Of a DNA stretch of 64,000 bases, positions 8,831 through 18,883 are shown piece after piece. The stretch is from Oscillibacter sp. CAG:241 (GTDB taxonomy: Bacteria > Bacillota > Clostridia > Oscillospirales > Oscillospiraceae). Under the pieces are notes generated by a model. The model did not search any database, was not told where the DNA came from, and saw nothing but the letters and a program-made list of their open reading frames with translations. Every line of letters begins with the position of its first letter. The first letter of the stretch is position 1. A program made the position numbers and the translations under genes. The stretch spans positions 12,224 through 76,223 of the forward strand of contig FR884114.1 of the NCBI GenBank assembly GCA_000435975.1, given 5' to 3'.

Positions 8831-9643
8831 ATACTCAAGCGAACGATAACCGGTGCGTTTATAACAGCCGCCGTTTACTTAATCCTATTCTATTCTTACA
8901 TACCGGCGGTCATTTTGGTGGCTACCGCCATCCTTTGCGCCTTTTCGGTGTATGAAATATACCGCGCAACCGGCACAATCGAAAATGAAGTGATGTTTAC
9001 TGTTTCTATGCTCATTGCCGTTTTGGCTGCTTTCGTACACATTCCCCGTTCCGAGATCGTACTGACGGTGGCATTTATTTTTGCAACTGTAGCATCCATT
9101 TGGCTGATGATACGGCAAAAACATTGCAGCTTGGACTCTCCCGTCAAGGCATTTTTCATTGTGCTCCTGATCATTGTGCTCTTTAAAGCCATTCCGGAGC
9201 TGAGAAGCCTGAATAGCGGACTGTATTATCTGATTTTTGCTGTCACATTGTGCTTTGTCACGGATGTCGCCGCCTATCTGATCGGGCGAGGTTTGGGACG
9301 GCATAAGCTAATGCCGAAGGTAAGCCCAAATAAGACCATAGAAGGCTCCCTTGGCGGCCTATTGTTCGGGGTGCTATTGGCACTGCTTGGCGGGATCGTT
9401 GTTGAGAAATTTGTAAAGATTGAAGTAAATTACGGAACGCTGGCACTTTGGGCGCTTATGACCTCCGTTGTCGGCCAGTTCGGTGATCTGTCTATGTCAG
9501 TGATCAAACGTATTTGCGGCATCAAAGACTATGGCAATCTGCTGCCGGGACACGGCGGTATACTGGACAGGTTTGACAGTCATTTATTTGCCGTTCCGTT
9601 TACTTATCTTTTCTGCACATACGCAGGCGGCTTCTTTTTATAA
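8831..9643 (+). CDS. cdsA: phosphatidate cytidylyltransferase
   Basis: CdsA signature KTIEGSLGG. The first canonical start is GTG 8915, but the in-frame upstream sequence encodes a CdsA-like TM1 back to about 8822 after a GAGGGG RBS, so the start is uncertain. Confidence 0.75.
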   Translation: MLKRTITGAFITAAVYLILFYSYIPAVILVATAILCAFSVYEIYRATGTIENEVMFTVSMLIAVLAAFVHIPRSEIVLTVAFIFATVASIWLMIRQKHCSLDSPVKAFFIVLLIIVLFKAIPELRSLNSGLYYLIFAVTLCFVTDVAAYLIGRGLGRHKLMPKVSPNKTIEGSLGGLLFGVLLALLGGIVVEKFVKIEVNYGTLALWALMTSVVGQFGDLSMSVIKRICGIKDYGNLLPGHGGILDRFDSHLFAVPFTYLFCTYAGGFFL

Positions 9644-9661
9644 GCGCAGGAGGAATCATCT

Positions 9662-12600
9662 ATGAAAAAATACCGTGCCGGGATCGACATCGGCTCCACG
9701 ACCGTAAAGCTTGTGGTACTTGATGACGCCGATGAGATCCTTTACGGAGAATACAGACGGCATCAGGCCCACACGCAGGAAACCCTATCCACTTTGTTGG
9801 AAGAAGCCAAGAAATCTGTTGGGGAATGTGAACTGCAGGTTTGCATTACCGGCTCCGGTGCGATCAATCTGGGGAAAGCGTTGGATATTTCCTTTGTCCA
9901 GGAGGTCGTTGCCGTCGCTACAGCCCTGAAAAAATGTGCGCCGCAGACGGATGTGGCGATTGAACTTGGCGGCGAGGATGCTAAGATCATATACTTTACC
10001 GGCGGATTAGAGGAGCGAATGAACGGTGTCTGCGCCGGCGGAACCGGCTCTTTCATCGATCAAATGGCATCGCTGCTGCAAACGGATGCCGCCGGACTGA
10101 ATAGAGAGGCTGAGCAGTACAAGCAGATCTACCCGATCGCAGCACGCTGCGGCGTATTTGCGAAAACAGATATTCAGCCCTTGATCAATGAAGGGGCAAC
10201 CAAAGCGGACCTTGCAGCATCTATTTTTCAGGCAGTCGTGAACCAGACGATCTCCGGTCTTGCCTGCGGAAAGCCGATCCGGGGATGCGTGGCATTTCTC
10301 GGAGGTCCGCTGCATTTTCTGCCGGAACTGAAAAAGGCATTTGTACGGACTCTTGGTTTGACAGCGGAAACGACTGTTGATCCGGATCACTCCCATCTGT
10401 TTGCCGCCATGGGCGCTGCAATGGAAAGCACGGAAAAAGACACTGTCCCAATCGACACCCTGATCGAGCGTCTGAAAAACGGCGTCTCGATCTCTTTTGA
10501 AATGCCCCGGCTTCCGGCTCTATTTGAAAGTCACGCAGAATATGAGCAGTTCTGCTGCAGACACGCTCGGGCTTCCGTTGCCCGTGGTGAGCTTTCCGCC
10601 TATCGAGGGAACTGCTATCTGGGAATCGACGCTGGTTCTACGACAACCAAGATGGCGCTGATCGGGGAAAACGGTGAACTGCTGTATTCTTACTACACGA
10701 ACAACAACGGCAACCCAATCGAGGCGGCAAAAAAGGGTATCCACGAACTGCAAACGCTAATGCCGGGGAATGCAAAAATCGTCCGGGCGTGCTCTACCGG
10801 CTACGGAGAGGCACTGCTGCAGGCTGCCTTTTCTCTGGATGACGGAGAAGTGGAAACGATTGCTCACTGTACGGCCGCTTCTTTCTTCGATCCAAAAGTG
10901 GACTGTGTGCTGGACATTGGCGGTCAGGATATGAAATGTATCCGTCTGAAAAACGGTGCTGTGGACAGTATCATGCTTAACGAAGCCTGCTCCTCTGGCT
11001 GCGGTTCCTTTATTGAAAACTTTGCAAACTCTTTAGGATATACTGCAGAAGAGTTCGCACAAACCGCACTATTTGCCGAACACCCGGTTGACCTCGGTAC
11101 CCGGTGCACGGTTTTCATGAATTCCAATGTCAAGCAGGCACAAAAAGAAGGTGCCTCGGTTTCGGATATTTCCGCCGGCCTTGCCTATTCCGTGATCAAA
11201 AACGCTTTGTATAAGGTCATCAAGCTGTCCTCGGCGGAGGAGCTTGGCAGCCATATCGTCGTGCAGGGCGGTACTTTTCATAACAAGGCTGTCTTGCGGG
11301 CGTTTGAAGAAATTGCCGGTGCAGAAGTGATTTGCCCGGATATTTCCGGCGTGATGGGTGCTTTCGGTGCCGCATTGATCGCCAGACGCAATTACACCGG
11401 AGCACCGACACCGACTAAGATGCTTTCACTGGAGCAGATCGAGGCGCTGACCTATTCCTCTTTCACAAGACGCTGCGGCGGCTGTGCCAACCATTGTATG
11501 CTGACGGTAAATGTTTTTGACGGAGAGCGCCGCCACATCACAGGAAATCGCTGTGAAAAGATGGTCGGCAATGCCGAGCGGAAAAAAGCTGCACCCAATA
11601 TGGTTGAATTCAAGCGCCGATGCATATTTGGCTATGAGCCGCTTGCAGAGTCAGCTGCCGCACGGGGGACGATCGGTATTCCCCGGGTGCTGAACCTATA
11701 TGAAAACTACCCGTTTTGGGCAACCTTTTTCAAACAGCTGCATTTCCGGGTCATCTTATCCCCCTTTTCAAGCCGAAAGATCTACGAGCTTGGGATGGAG
11801 TCAATCCCATCCGAATCGGAATGTTACCCCGCAAAGCTGGCGCACGGCCATGTACAGTGGCTCATCAACCAAGGCATCAAAACGATCTTTCACCCCTGCG
11901 TATTCTACGAACACCAGGAAACGCTGGGAGCACAGAACCATTTTAATTGCCCCATTGTTGTTTCATATCCTGAAAACATCAAAAACAATGTGGAAGCCGT
12001 TACCAATGGAGCCGTGCGCTACATACGCCCATTTATGGCGTTTACCGATGAAAAGACGGTTGCTGACCGCATGGTAAAGCTCTGCCGTGAGGAATGGAAT
12101 ATTCCCGCACCGGAGGTGCATGCGGCAGTAAAAGCGGCATGGGCAGAACAGCAGCGGGTCAAGGCAGATATTCGTACGGAAGGCAAGCGCCTGCTCAATC
12201 AGATGAAGCATAACGGCGAGTGCGGAATCGTGCTGGCGGGGCGGCCGTATCATATCGACCCCGAAATCAACCACGGGATCCCGGAACTGATTGCCTCCTA
12301 CGGTCTGACGGTTTTTACTGAGGATAGTCTTCCCATCGATTTTGAGCCGTCCCGGCCCTTGCGTGTTGTGGATCAGTGGGTATATCATTCCCGGCTGTAC
12401 AATGCAGCGGAATTTGTCTGCCAACATGATAAATTGGAGATGATTCAGCTCAATTCTTTCGGATGCGGACTTGATGCCGTAACGACAGATCAGGTAAGCG
12501 AGATTCTGGAGGCTTCCGGCAAGCTGTATACGCTTTTGAAGATCGACGAGGTCGCCAATCTCGGCGCTGTCCGTATCCGAATCCGCAGCTTGCTCTCTGC

Positions 12601-13903
12601 TATGGCTATGCGAAAGCAGGATCAAAGCAGGGCGACGGCAAAGCCTGTGGCGTATCACCGAACAGAGTTCACCAAAGAAATGCGGGAAAAGGGGTATACC
12701 ATTCTTGCGCCGCAAATGAGTCCGATCCATTTTGATATTTTGGAGCCCGTGTTCCGCAAGCACGGATATAACCTGGTTGTTCTGGACAATGACAATCGCA
12801 GTGCTGTGAATATGGGACTCAAATATGTCAATAACGATGCCTGCTATCCTTCTATTACGGTGGTCGGACAATTTATGGATGCCGTACTTTCCGGCAAATA
12901 TGATACCGACCGTTTGGCAATCGTTATGACACAGACCGGCGGATGCTGTCGTGCCAGCAACTATGTATCCTTCATTCGCCGCGCCTTGGATAAGGCCGGA
13001 TACTCCCATATTCCGGTCATTTCCCTGAACGCCAACGGGATGGAGAAAAATGAGGGTTTCAGCCTGTCCGCCGGTTTAGTCACGGATGCCGCAAAAACGA
13101 TCGTCTACGGAGATCTTTTTATGCGCTGCCTGTACCGTGTGCGACCGTATGAGGTCATACCCGGTTCTGCCGATGCGCTCCATAAAAAGTGGCAGGATAT
13201 TTGCATCGACTCACTCATAAATTCAAAAACGCAGTACACCTATAAGGAAGTATGCCGTGGAATCGTCAATGCGTTTGACAGCTTCCCCATCGATGAAACG
13301 ATCCGTAAGCCGAGGGTCGGCATTGTCGGTGAGATCCTTGTGAAGTATATGCCGCTGGCAAACAACCACTTGGTGGAACTGCTGGAACGGGAAGGTGCCG
13401 AGGTTGTTGTTCCGGATCTGCTGGACTTCTTCAATTACTGTGTTTTCGGCTCCCAATACAAGGCGGAATACCTCGGCACCAAAAAATCTTCGGTCATCGT
13501 ATCCAAGGCGGCAATAAGGCTGATTGCCGCTCTGCGCAAACCGGCAACTGATGCGCTGAACGAAAGCAAACGGTTTGAGGCCCCATTGTCTGTTTACCGG
13601 ATTGCTGAAATGACAAAACCCTTTTTGTCTTTGGGCAATCTATACGGTGAGGGGTGGTTCTTAGCCGGAGAAATGATCGAACTGATCACACATGGCACGC
13701 CGAATGTAGTTTGTATTCAGCCGTTTGCGTGTCTTCCAAACCATGTTGTAGGCAAGGGCGTGATCAAAGCGCTGAAAAAAGCATACCCGCAAAGCAATAT
13801 TGCTGCGGTGGATTATGACCCCGGTGCCAGCGAGGTCAATCAGCTGAACCGCATCAAGCTTATGCTGTCCACAGCAAAGAAAAACATAGGTCTCGATGGC
13901 TGA
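9662..13903 (+). CDS. fused acyl-CoA dehydratase activase (two BadF/BadG/BcrA/BcrD-type ATPase domains) + 2-hydroxyacyl-CoA dehydratase-like domain; candidate plasmalogen synthase (PlsA-PlsR-type fusion)
   Basis: 1413 aa. AGIDIGSTTVKL and YLGIDAGSTTTKMAL actin-fold ATPase N-termini, Cys-rich Fe-S region, C-terminal dehydratase-like region. Embedded in a phospholipid gene cluster. Confidence 0.7.
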   Translation: MKKYRAGIDIGSTTVKLVVLDDADEILYGEYRRHQAHTQETLSTLLEEAKKSVGECELQVCITGSGAINLGKALDISFVQEVVAVATALKKCAPQTDVAIELGGEDAKIIYFTGGLEERMNGVCAGGTGSFIDQMASLLQTDAAGLNREAEQYKQIYPIAARCGVFAKTDIQPLINEGATKADLAASIFQAVVNQTISGLACGKPIRGCVAFLGGPLHFLPELKKAFVRTLGLTAETTVDPDHSHLFAAMGAAMESTEKDTVPIDTLIERLKNGVSISFEMPRLPALFESHAEYEQFCCRHARASVARGELSAYRGNCYLGIDAGSTTTKMALIGENGELLYSYYTNNNGNPIEAAKKGIHELQTLMPGNAKIVRACSTGYGEALLQAAFSLDDGEVETIAHCTAASFFDPKVDCVLDIGGQDMKCIRLKNGAVDSIMLNEACSSGCGSFIENFANSLGYTAEEFAQTALFAEHPVDLGTRCTVFMNSNVKQAQKEGASVSDISAGLAYSVIKNALYKVIKLSSAEELGSHIVVQGGTFHNKAVLRAFEEIAGAEVICPDISGVMGAFGAALIARRNYTGAPTPTKMLSLEQIEALTYSSFTRRCGGCANHCMLTVNVFDGERRHITGNRCEKMVGNAERKKAAPNMVEFKRRCIFGYEPLAESAAARGTIGIPRVLNLYENYPFWATFFKQLHFRVILSPFSSRKIYELGMESIPSESECYPAKLAHGHVQWLINQGIKTIFHPCVFYEHQETLGAQNHFNCPIVVSYPENIKNNVEAVTNGAVRYIRPFMAFTDEKTVADRMVKLCREEWNIPAPEVHAAVKAAWAEQQRVKADIRTEGKRLLNQMKHNGECGIVLAGRPYHIDPEINHGIPELIASYGLTVFTEDSLPIDFEPSRPLRVVDQWVYHSRLYNAAEFVCQHDKLEMIQLNSFGCGLDAVTTDQVSEILEASGKLYTLLKIDEVANLGAVRIRIRSLLSAMAMRKQDQSRATAKPVAYHRTEFTKEMREKGYTILAPQMSPIHFDILEPVFRKHGYNLVVLDNDNRSAVNMGLKYVNNDACYPSITVVGQFMDAVLSGKYDTDRLAIVMTQTGGCCRASNYVSFIRRALDKAGYSHIPVISLNANGMEKNEGFSLSAGLVTDAAKTIVYGDLFMRCLYRVRPYEVIPGSADALHKKWQDICIDSLINSKTQYTYKEVCRGIVNAFDSFPIDETIRKPRVGIVGEILVKYMPLANNHLVELLEREGAEVVVPDLLDFFNYCVFGSQYKAEYLGTKKSSVIVSKAAIRLIAALRKPATDALNESKRFEAPLSVYRIAEMTKPFLSLGNLYGEGWFLAGEMIELITHGTPNVVCIQPFACLPNHVVGKGVIKALKKAYPQSNIAAVDYDPGASEVNQLNRIKLMLSTAKKNIGLDG

Positions 13904-13938
13904 CGAAATGAAGCAAAACGGAGTTTTTTCTCCGGTTT

Positions 13939-13956
13939 GTTTCGTTTCAGTTTAGA
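13939..13956 (+). promoter_or_regulatory. GTTTCGTTTCAGTTTAGA motif copy upstream of ftsH
   Basis: Exact 18-mer, 48 nt before the ftsH ATG. Preceded by an imperfect hairpin+T6 at 13916-13938 that ends the upstream gene. Confidence 0.5.
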
Positions 13957-14003
13957 AATGGACAGTATACTCACCACAATGAACGAAAAGGAGTCGGGTA
14001 AGT

Positions 14004-15833
14004 ATGAAAGAAGTTAAGCCACCGAGAAAACCCCTGATCTATTATTACGGCATTGTTTTGTTGGTCATTCTGGTTTTCAACATGGTCATCTCTCCGTTGC
14101 TTGCAAATGCCAGAGTGAAAGAGGTTGATTACGGTACCTTTATGAAGATGATCGAGGATAAAGATGTCGGCAGCGTAGAGGTTGCCGATTCCGAGATCGT
14201 ATTCACAGACAAGGACAATACCCAGATCTACAAGACCGGCGAAATGAACGACCCCACCCTGACCGAGCGGCTGTATGCATCGGGAGCTAAATTCACACGG
14301 AATATTGAAAAAGGCATGTCTCCGCTGCTCAGCTTTTTCCTGACATTTATTCTGCCGATCCTGATCTTTGCTGCCCTCGGACAGTATATGGCGAAGAAAA
14401 TGATGTCCCAGGCAGGCGGCCCAAATGCGATGGCGTTCGGTATGGGAAAAAGCAATGCCAAGGTCTACGTTCCGTCCACGGACGGCATCCGTTTTGCCGA
14501 TGTCGCTGGTGAGGATGAAGCAAAGGAAAATCTTGCCGAAATCGTCGATTACCTACATAATCCCAAGAAGTATTCCGATGTCGGCGCATCTATGCCCAAG
14601 GGCGTATTGCTTGTAGGCCCTCCGGGTACCGGCAAAACGATGCTGGCTAAGGCTGTTGCAGGCGAAGCCGGTGTTCCGTTTTTCTCCATGTCCGGCTCGG
14701 AATTTGTGGAGATGTTCGTCGGTATGGGTGCATCAAAAGTGCGTGACCTGTTCAAGCAGGCCAAGGAAAAAGCGCCCTGTATCGTCTTTATCGATGAGAT
14801 CGATGCCATCGGTAAAAAGCGCGATGGTCAGATAGGCGGCAACGATGAGCGTGAACAGACGCTTAACCAGCTTCTGACCGAGATGGACGGCTTTGAAGGC
14901 AACAACGGCGTCATCATTCTGGCGGCGACCAACCGCCCGGAGTCCCTTGACCCGGCGCTGACCCGCCCCGGCCGCTTTGACCGCCGTGTTCCCGTGGAGC
15001 TGCCTGACCTCGCAGGTCGTGAAGCCATCCTCAAGGTCCATGCGAAGAAGATCAAAACGGCGGACAATGTGGACTTCCATACCATCGCCCGTATGGCCTC
15101 CGGAACCTCCGGCGCAGAGCTTGCGAACATCATCAACGAAGCTGCCCTCCGTGCGGTGCGCAGTGGGCGCACAGTCGTAGAGCAGGCAGACCTGGAGGAA
15201 AGCATTGAGGTCGTCATCGCCGGCTATCAGAAGAAAAACGCCATCATGACCGATGATGAAAAGAAGGTCGTCGCCTACCATGAGATTGGCCATGCGCTGG
15301 TCGCTGCTTTGCAGACGGCTTCCGCACCGGTGCAGAAGATCACGATCATCCCCAGAACCTCCGGCGCACTGGGCTACACCATGCAGGTCGAGCAGAACGA
15401 TAAGGTTCTGATGACCAAGGAAGAACTGGAAAACAAAATTGCCACGCTGACCGGTGGCCGTGCGGCGGAGGAGATCGTATTCGGGCAGATTACAACCGGT
15501 GCCTCTAATGACATCGAGCAAGCAACCAAACTTGCCCGTGCGATGATTACCCGCTACGGTATGACCGATGAATTCGATATGGTTGCGATGGAGACGGTCA
15601 GCAACCAGTACCTCGGCGGCGATACCTCGCTTGCCTGCTCGGCGGATACACAAAAAGAAATCGATCAGAAGGTCGTGGAGACTGTCAAAAAGCAGCATGA
15701 AAAGGCTCGCCGTCTGCTGGCAGACAATCGCAAGAAGTTGGATGAACTTGCAAGCTATCTTTACGAGAAAGAGACCATTACGGGCAGCGAATTCATGACG
15801 ATTTTGAACAGAAAGGATGGGAATGCGGTATGA
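14004..15833 (+). CDS. ftsH: ATP-dependent zinc metalloprotease FtsH
   Basis: N-terminal TM, Walker [12 protein letters not shown] region and HEIGHAL zinc site. Confidence 0.95.
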   Translation: MKEVKPPRKPLIYYYGIVLLVILVFNMVISPLLANARVKEVDYGTFMKMIEDKDVGSVEVADSEIVFTDKDNTQIYKTGEMNDPTLTERLYASGAKFTRNIEKGMSPLLSFFLTFILPILIFAALGQYMAKKMMSQAGGPNAMAFGMGKSNAKVYVPSTDGIRFADVAGEDEAKENLAEIVDYLHNPKKYSDVGASMPKGVLLVGPPGTGKTMLAKAVAGEAGVPFFSMSGSEFVEMFVGMGASKVRDLFKQAKEKAPCIVFIDEIDAIGKKRDGQIGGNDEREQTLNQLLTEMDGFEGNNGVIILAATNRPESLDPALTRPGRFDRRVPVELPDLAGREAILKVHAKKIKTADNVDFHTIARMASGTSGAELANIINEAALRAVRSGRTVVEQADLEESIEVVIAGYQKKNAIMTDDEKKVVAYHEIGHALVAALQTASAPVQKITIIPRTSGALGYTMQVEQNDKVLMTKEELENKIATLTGGRAAEEIVFGQITTGASNDIEQATKLARAMITRYGMTDEFDMVAMETVSNQYLGGDTSLACSADTQKEIDQKVVETVKKQHEKARRLLADNRKKLDELASYLYEKETITGSEFMTILNRKDGNAV

Positions 15834-16381
15834 AAAGAAAAAACGGCTTTGGATGGAGCGAATTGATCGTCGGCGTGCTCCTGATCCTGCTTGGCATCTT
15901 TGCCTTTATCCGCCCGGAAAGCATGCTGACGGGAGCGGTCGTTATTTACGGCGTGATCGCCATTGTGATGGGCATTGAAGATCTCGTGGTATATGCCCGG
16001 CTTTCCCGCTTTATCGGCTTCGGTCCGATGCTGTCGTTGATCTCTGGGATTTTAAGCGTTATGTGCGGCGTGATGCTGATCGCCAATCCCAATGTCGGGA
16101 AATGGGCACTGACGATTCTTCTCCCGATTTGGTTTATCGCCCACTGCATATCCGAGCTGACAAGGACAAACCTGATTCGTTTGATTGGAAATCCGTTTTA
16201 TTACTATTTCTCACTGATTCTGAACATTCTCGGGCTTGTGCTCGGATTTGTGATGATCTTTAGTCCGGCGCTTTCCTTTGTAACGCTCAGAGCGATCTGC
16301 TATATGGTGGCAATCTATCTGATCCTGTTCGGCATCGAAAGCATTATTGCGGCTTTTGCCCGCAGAAACTCCGACTGGTAA
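15830..16381 (+). CDS. HdeD/DUF308-family small membrane protein
   Basis: Repeated GxxxIxxGI hydrophobic repeats. Start overlaps the ftsH stop (ATGA). Confidence 0.55.
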   Translation: MKRKNGFGWSELIVGVLLILLGIFAFIRPESMLTGAVVIYGVIAIVMGIEDLVVYARLSRFIGFGPMLSLISGILSVMCGVMLIANPNVGKWALTILLPIWFIAHCISELTRTNLIRLIGNPFYYYFSLILNILGLVLGFVMIFSPALSFVTLRAICYMVAIYLILFGIESIIAAFARRNSDW

Positions 16382-16396
16382 TACAGGAGATGCAGT

Positions 16397-17068
16397 ATGG
16401 AAGAAATGAAAAAGGAGCAGATCCCTCAGATCGGCAGCCGTTTGCGGCAGCATATTCTGAAGATCCCGGAGGCGGTTTTCCAAGCCAGCGGAATTATCAT
16501 CAACGGACGCAGGATCAAAAGCTTTGTCTTTACCACCGATCTTGCAATTATTCGGAATTGTGACGCCGATGCCGTGTTTGCGGTCTATCCCTTTACTCCG
16601 CAGCAAGCGATCAGCGATGCAATCATTCGCTCCTCTTATATCCCGGTGTTCTGCGGCGTTGGTGGCGGGACGACCAAGGGAATAAGGACGGTATCCTTGG
16701 CGAAGGACGTGGAGTCGCAAGGTGCTATGGGAGTTGTGCTGAATGCACCGATTTCCGATCTGAATCTTCTGGCTGTAAGCAACGCCGTAGATATTCCGGT
16801 GATTATCACGGTGACGCATGAGGGCACGGACATTGCCAGCCGTTTGCAGCATGGCGCTGCGATCTTAAATATCGCCTGCGGAAAAGAGACTCCGAATGTT
16901 GTACGAAAAATCCGCTCGGAGTTTCCGAATGTTCCGCTGGTTGCATCCGGTGGGAAAACCAACGAAAGCATCTATGAGACAATCGTGGCCGGGGCCAACG
17001 CTATTACCTATACGCCGCCCTCGACGCAGGAATTGTTTAAGGAACTGATGGCAAAGTATCGAACTTAA
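16397..17068 (+). CDS. phosphate-binding (beta/alpha)8-barrel-like protein of unknown function (PcrB/ThiE/NanE-like pattern)
   Basis: 223 aa. CGVGGG and C-terminal ASGG...AGANAI glycine motifs typical of phosphate-binding TIM barrels. Family not resolvable by eye. Confidence 0.35.
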   Translation: MEEMKKEQIPQIGSRLRQHILKIPEAVFQASGIIINGRRIKSFVFTTDLAIIRNCDADAVFAVYPFTPQQAISDAIIRSSYIPVFCGVGGGTTKGIRTVSLAKDVESQGAMGVVLNAPISDLNLLAVSNAVDIPVIITVTHEGTDIASRLQHGAAILNIACGKETPNVVRKIRSEFPNVPLVASGGKTNESIYETIVAGANAITYTPPSTQELFKELMAKYRT

Positions 17069-17107
17069 CGGTATTATAAACAACAAAGATTATGGGAGCA
17101 AACCAAT

Positions 17108-18868
17108 ATGTTTGAGCTATTAAAGAAAATGAAACGCAAGGAGTGGCTGACTGCCGGGCTTTGCGCCATTCTGGTATTGGGTCAGATCTATTTTGATCTG
17201 CGCCTGCCGGACTATATGAGCGACCTGACAGTACTTATCAAGACCCCTGGCAGCGCAATGAGTGACATCTGGCAAACAGGGCTTGAAATGCTCGGCTGCA
17301 CGCTCGCAAGCGCTCTGCTTGCGGTAATTTGCGGATACTTGGCAGCGCAGACTGCCGCAGGCTTCAGCTATACAATCCGTGAAAAGGTGTTTAATCAGGT
17401 GGCGGATTTCGGTCAGTATGAAATGCAGCAGTTTTCTGTTCCGAGCCTGATCAACCGCACGACGAATGACATCACGCAGATCCAGATGCTTGTGGCAATG
17501 GGCCTGCAAATTATGATCAAATCTCCGATCATGGCGATTTGGGCGGTCATAAAGATCATCAACAAAAGCTGGACGCTGTCTGTTATCACCGCCGGCTTTG
17601 TCGTGGCGCTGCTTGCCATGATGGCAATCGTCATTGCGGTGATCGTGCCGCGTGTCCGCCGTGTGCAGAAATTGACGGATAACATCAACCGTGTATCCCG
17701 TGAAAATCTGACGGGCATCAATGTGGTGCACGCTTATAATGCCGAGAAATATCAAGCGGAAAAATTTGAGCAGGCCAACGACGAACTGATGAGAACGCAG
17801 CTGTTCAATCAGCACGGATTTGCGATGCTTATGCCGGCTGTCTCGTTCGCTATGAATACTTTGGCATTGACCGTCTATTGGGTAGGCGCATCTATCGTGG
17901 AAAAGGTCGCACTTACAGATGTCGCAGCGAGGATCGCAACATTCGGTGACATTATGGTATTCGGCACCTATGCAACCTATGTCATCATGTCCATTATGAT
18001 GATGGTCATGATTGTAATGTTCTTCCCTTCGGCCCAGGTTTCTGCCGGGCGTATCAATGAGGTGCTGAATGCAAAAATCATCTTACGGGAAGGAAAATCG
18101 GACAACGCTCCCGAAGTGGGCACAGTCGAGTTCAAGGATGTTTCCTTCCACTATCCCACCTCGGATAAGGATGTATTGGAAAACATCAGCTTTAAGGTGA
18201 ATAAAGGTGAAACCATTGCATTTATCGGTGCGACCGGCAGCGGTAAAACAACGCTCATCAGCCTGGCAGCTCGCTTTTACGACACGACCTCCGGCACGGT
18301 CCTGATCGACGGAAAGGATATAAAAGAATACACCTTCGACGCCCTTTACGACCGTATCGGATATGTAACGCAGAAAGCGGTTCTGTTTGCCGGTGACATC
18401 CGGGATAATGTGCTGTTCGGTGAAAGCGCCGCAGTTCCTACCGACGAAAACGCACAGAAAGCCTTGGAACTTGCCCAGGCAAGTGAATTTGTCGAAAAAC
18501 TGCCCGGCAAATTAGATGCACCGATTTCACAGGGCGGATCCAATGTTTCCGGCGGACAGAAGCAGCGTTTGGCAATCGCCCGTGCGTTGGCGAGAAATCC
18601 CGAGATTTTGATTTTCGATGACTCCTTCTCCGCATTGGACTACAAAACCGATGCAGCGCTGCGAAAAGGTCTTGCCGAAAAGCTCGGCGGCGTTACCTGC
18701 ATGATCGTTGCCCAGAGAATCGGTACGATCCGCAACGCCGATAAGATCGTCGTTCTGGATGAAGGCAAGGCCGTTGGGATCGGTACGCATGAGGAACTGA
18801 TAAAGAATTGTGCTGTCTATCGAGAAATTGCCATGTCGCAGTTGTCCGCCGAAGAACTGGGCGCATAA
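17108..18868 (+). CDS. ABC exporter half-transporter (permease + ATPase)
   Basis: Six-TM N-terminus, Walker A GATGSGKTT and canonical VSGGQKQRLAIARAL signature. Confidence 0.9.
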   Translation: MFELLKKMKRKEWLTAGLCAILVLGQIYFDLRLPDYMSDLTVLIKTPGSAMSDIWQTGLEMLGCTLASALLAVICGYLAAQTAAGFSYTIREKVFNQVADFGQYEMQQFSVPSLINRTTNDITQIQMLVAMGLQIMIKSPIMAIWAVIKIINKSWTLSVITAGFVVALLAMMAIVIAVIVPRVRRVQKLTDNINRVSRENLTGINVVHAYNAEKYQAEKFEQANDELMRTQLFNQHGFAMLMPAVSFAMNTLALTVYWVGASIVEKVALTDVAARIATFGDIMVFGTYATYVIMSIMMMVMIVMFFPSAQVSAGRINEVLNAKIILREGKSDNAPEVGTVEFKDVSFHYPTSDKDVLENISFKVNKGETIAFIGATGSGKTTLISLAARFYDTTSGTVLIDGKDIKEYTFDALYDRIGYVTQKAVLFAGDIRDNVLFGESAAVPTDENAQKALELAQASEFVEKLPGKLDAPISQGGSNVSGGQKQRLAIARALARNPEILIFDDSFSALDYKTDAALRKGLAEKLGGVTCMIVAQRIGTIRNADKIVVLDEGKAVGIGTHEELIKNCAVYREIAMSQLSAEELGA

Positions 18869-18883
18869 GGAGGTGCTCTGTAA

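Noticed and set aside
14733-15698. 321-aa minus ORF inside ftsH
   Set aside because: Antisense of a very confidently identified ftsH.
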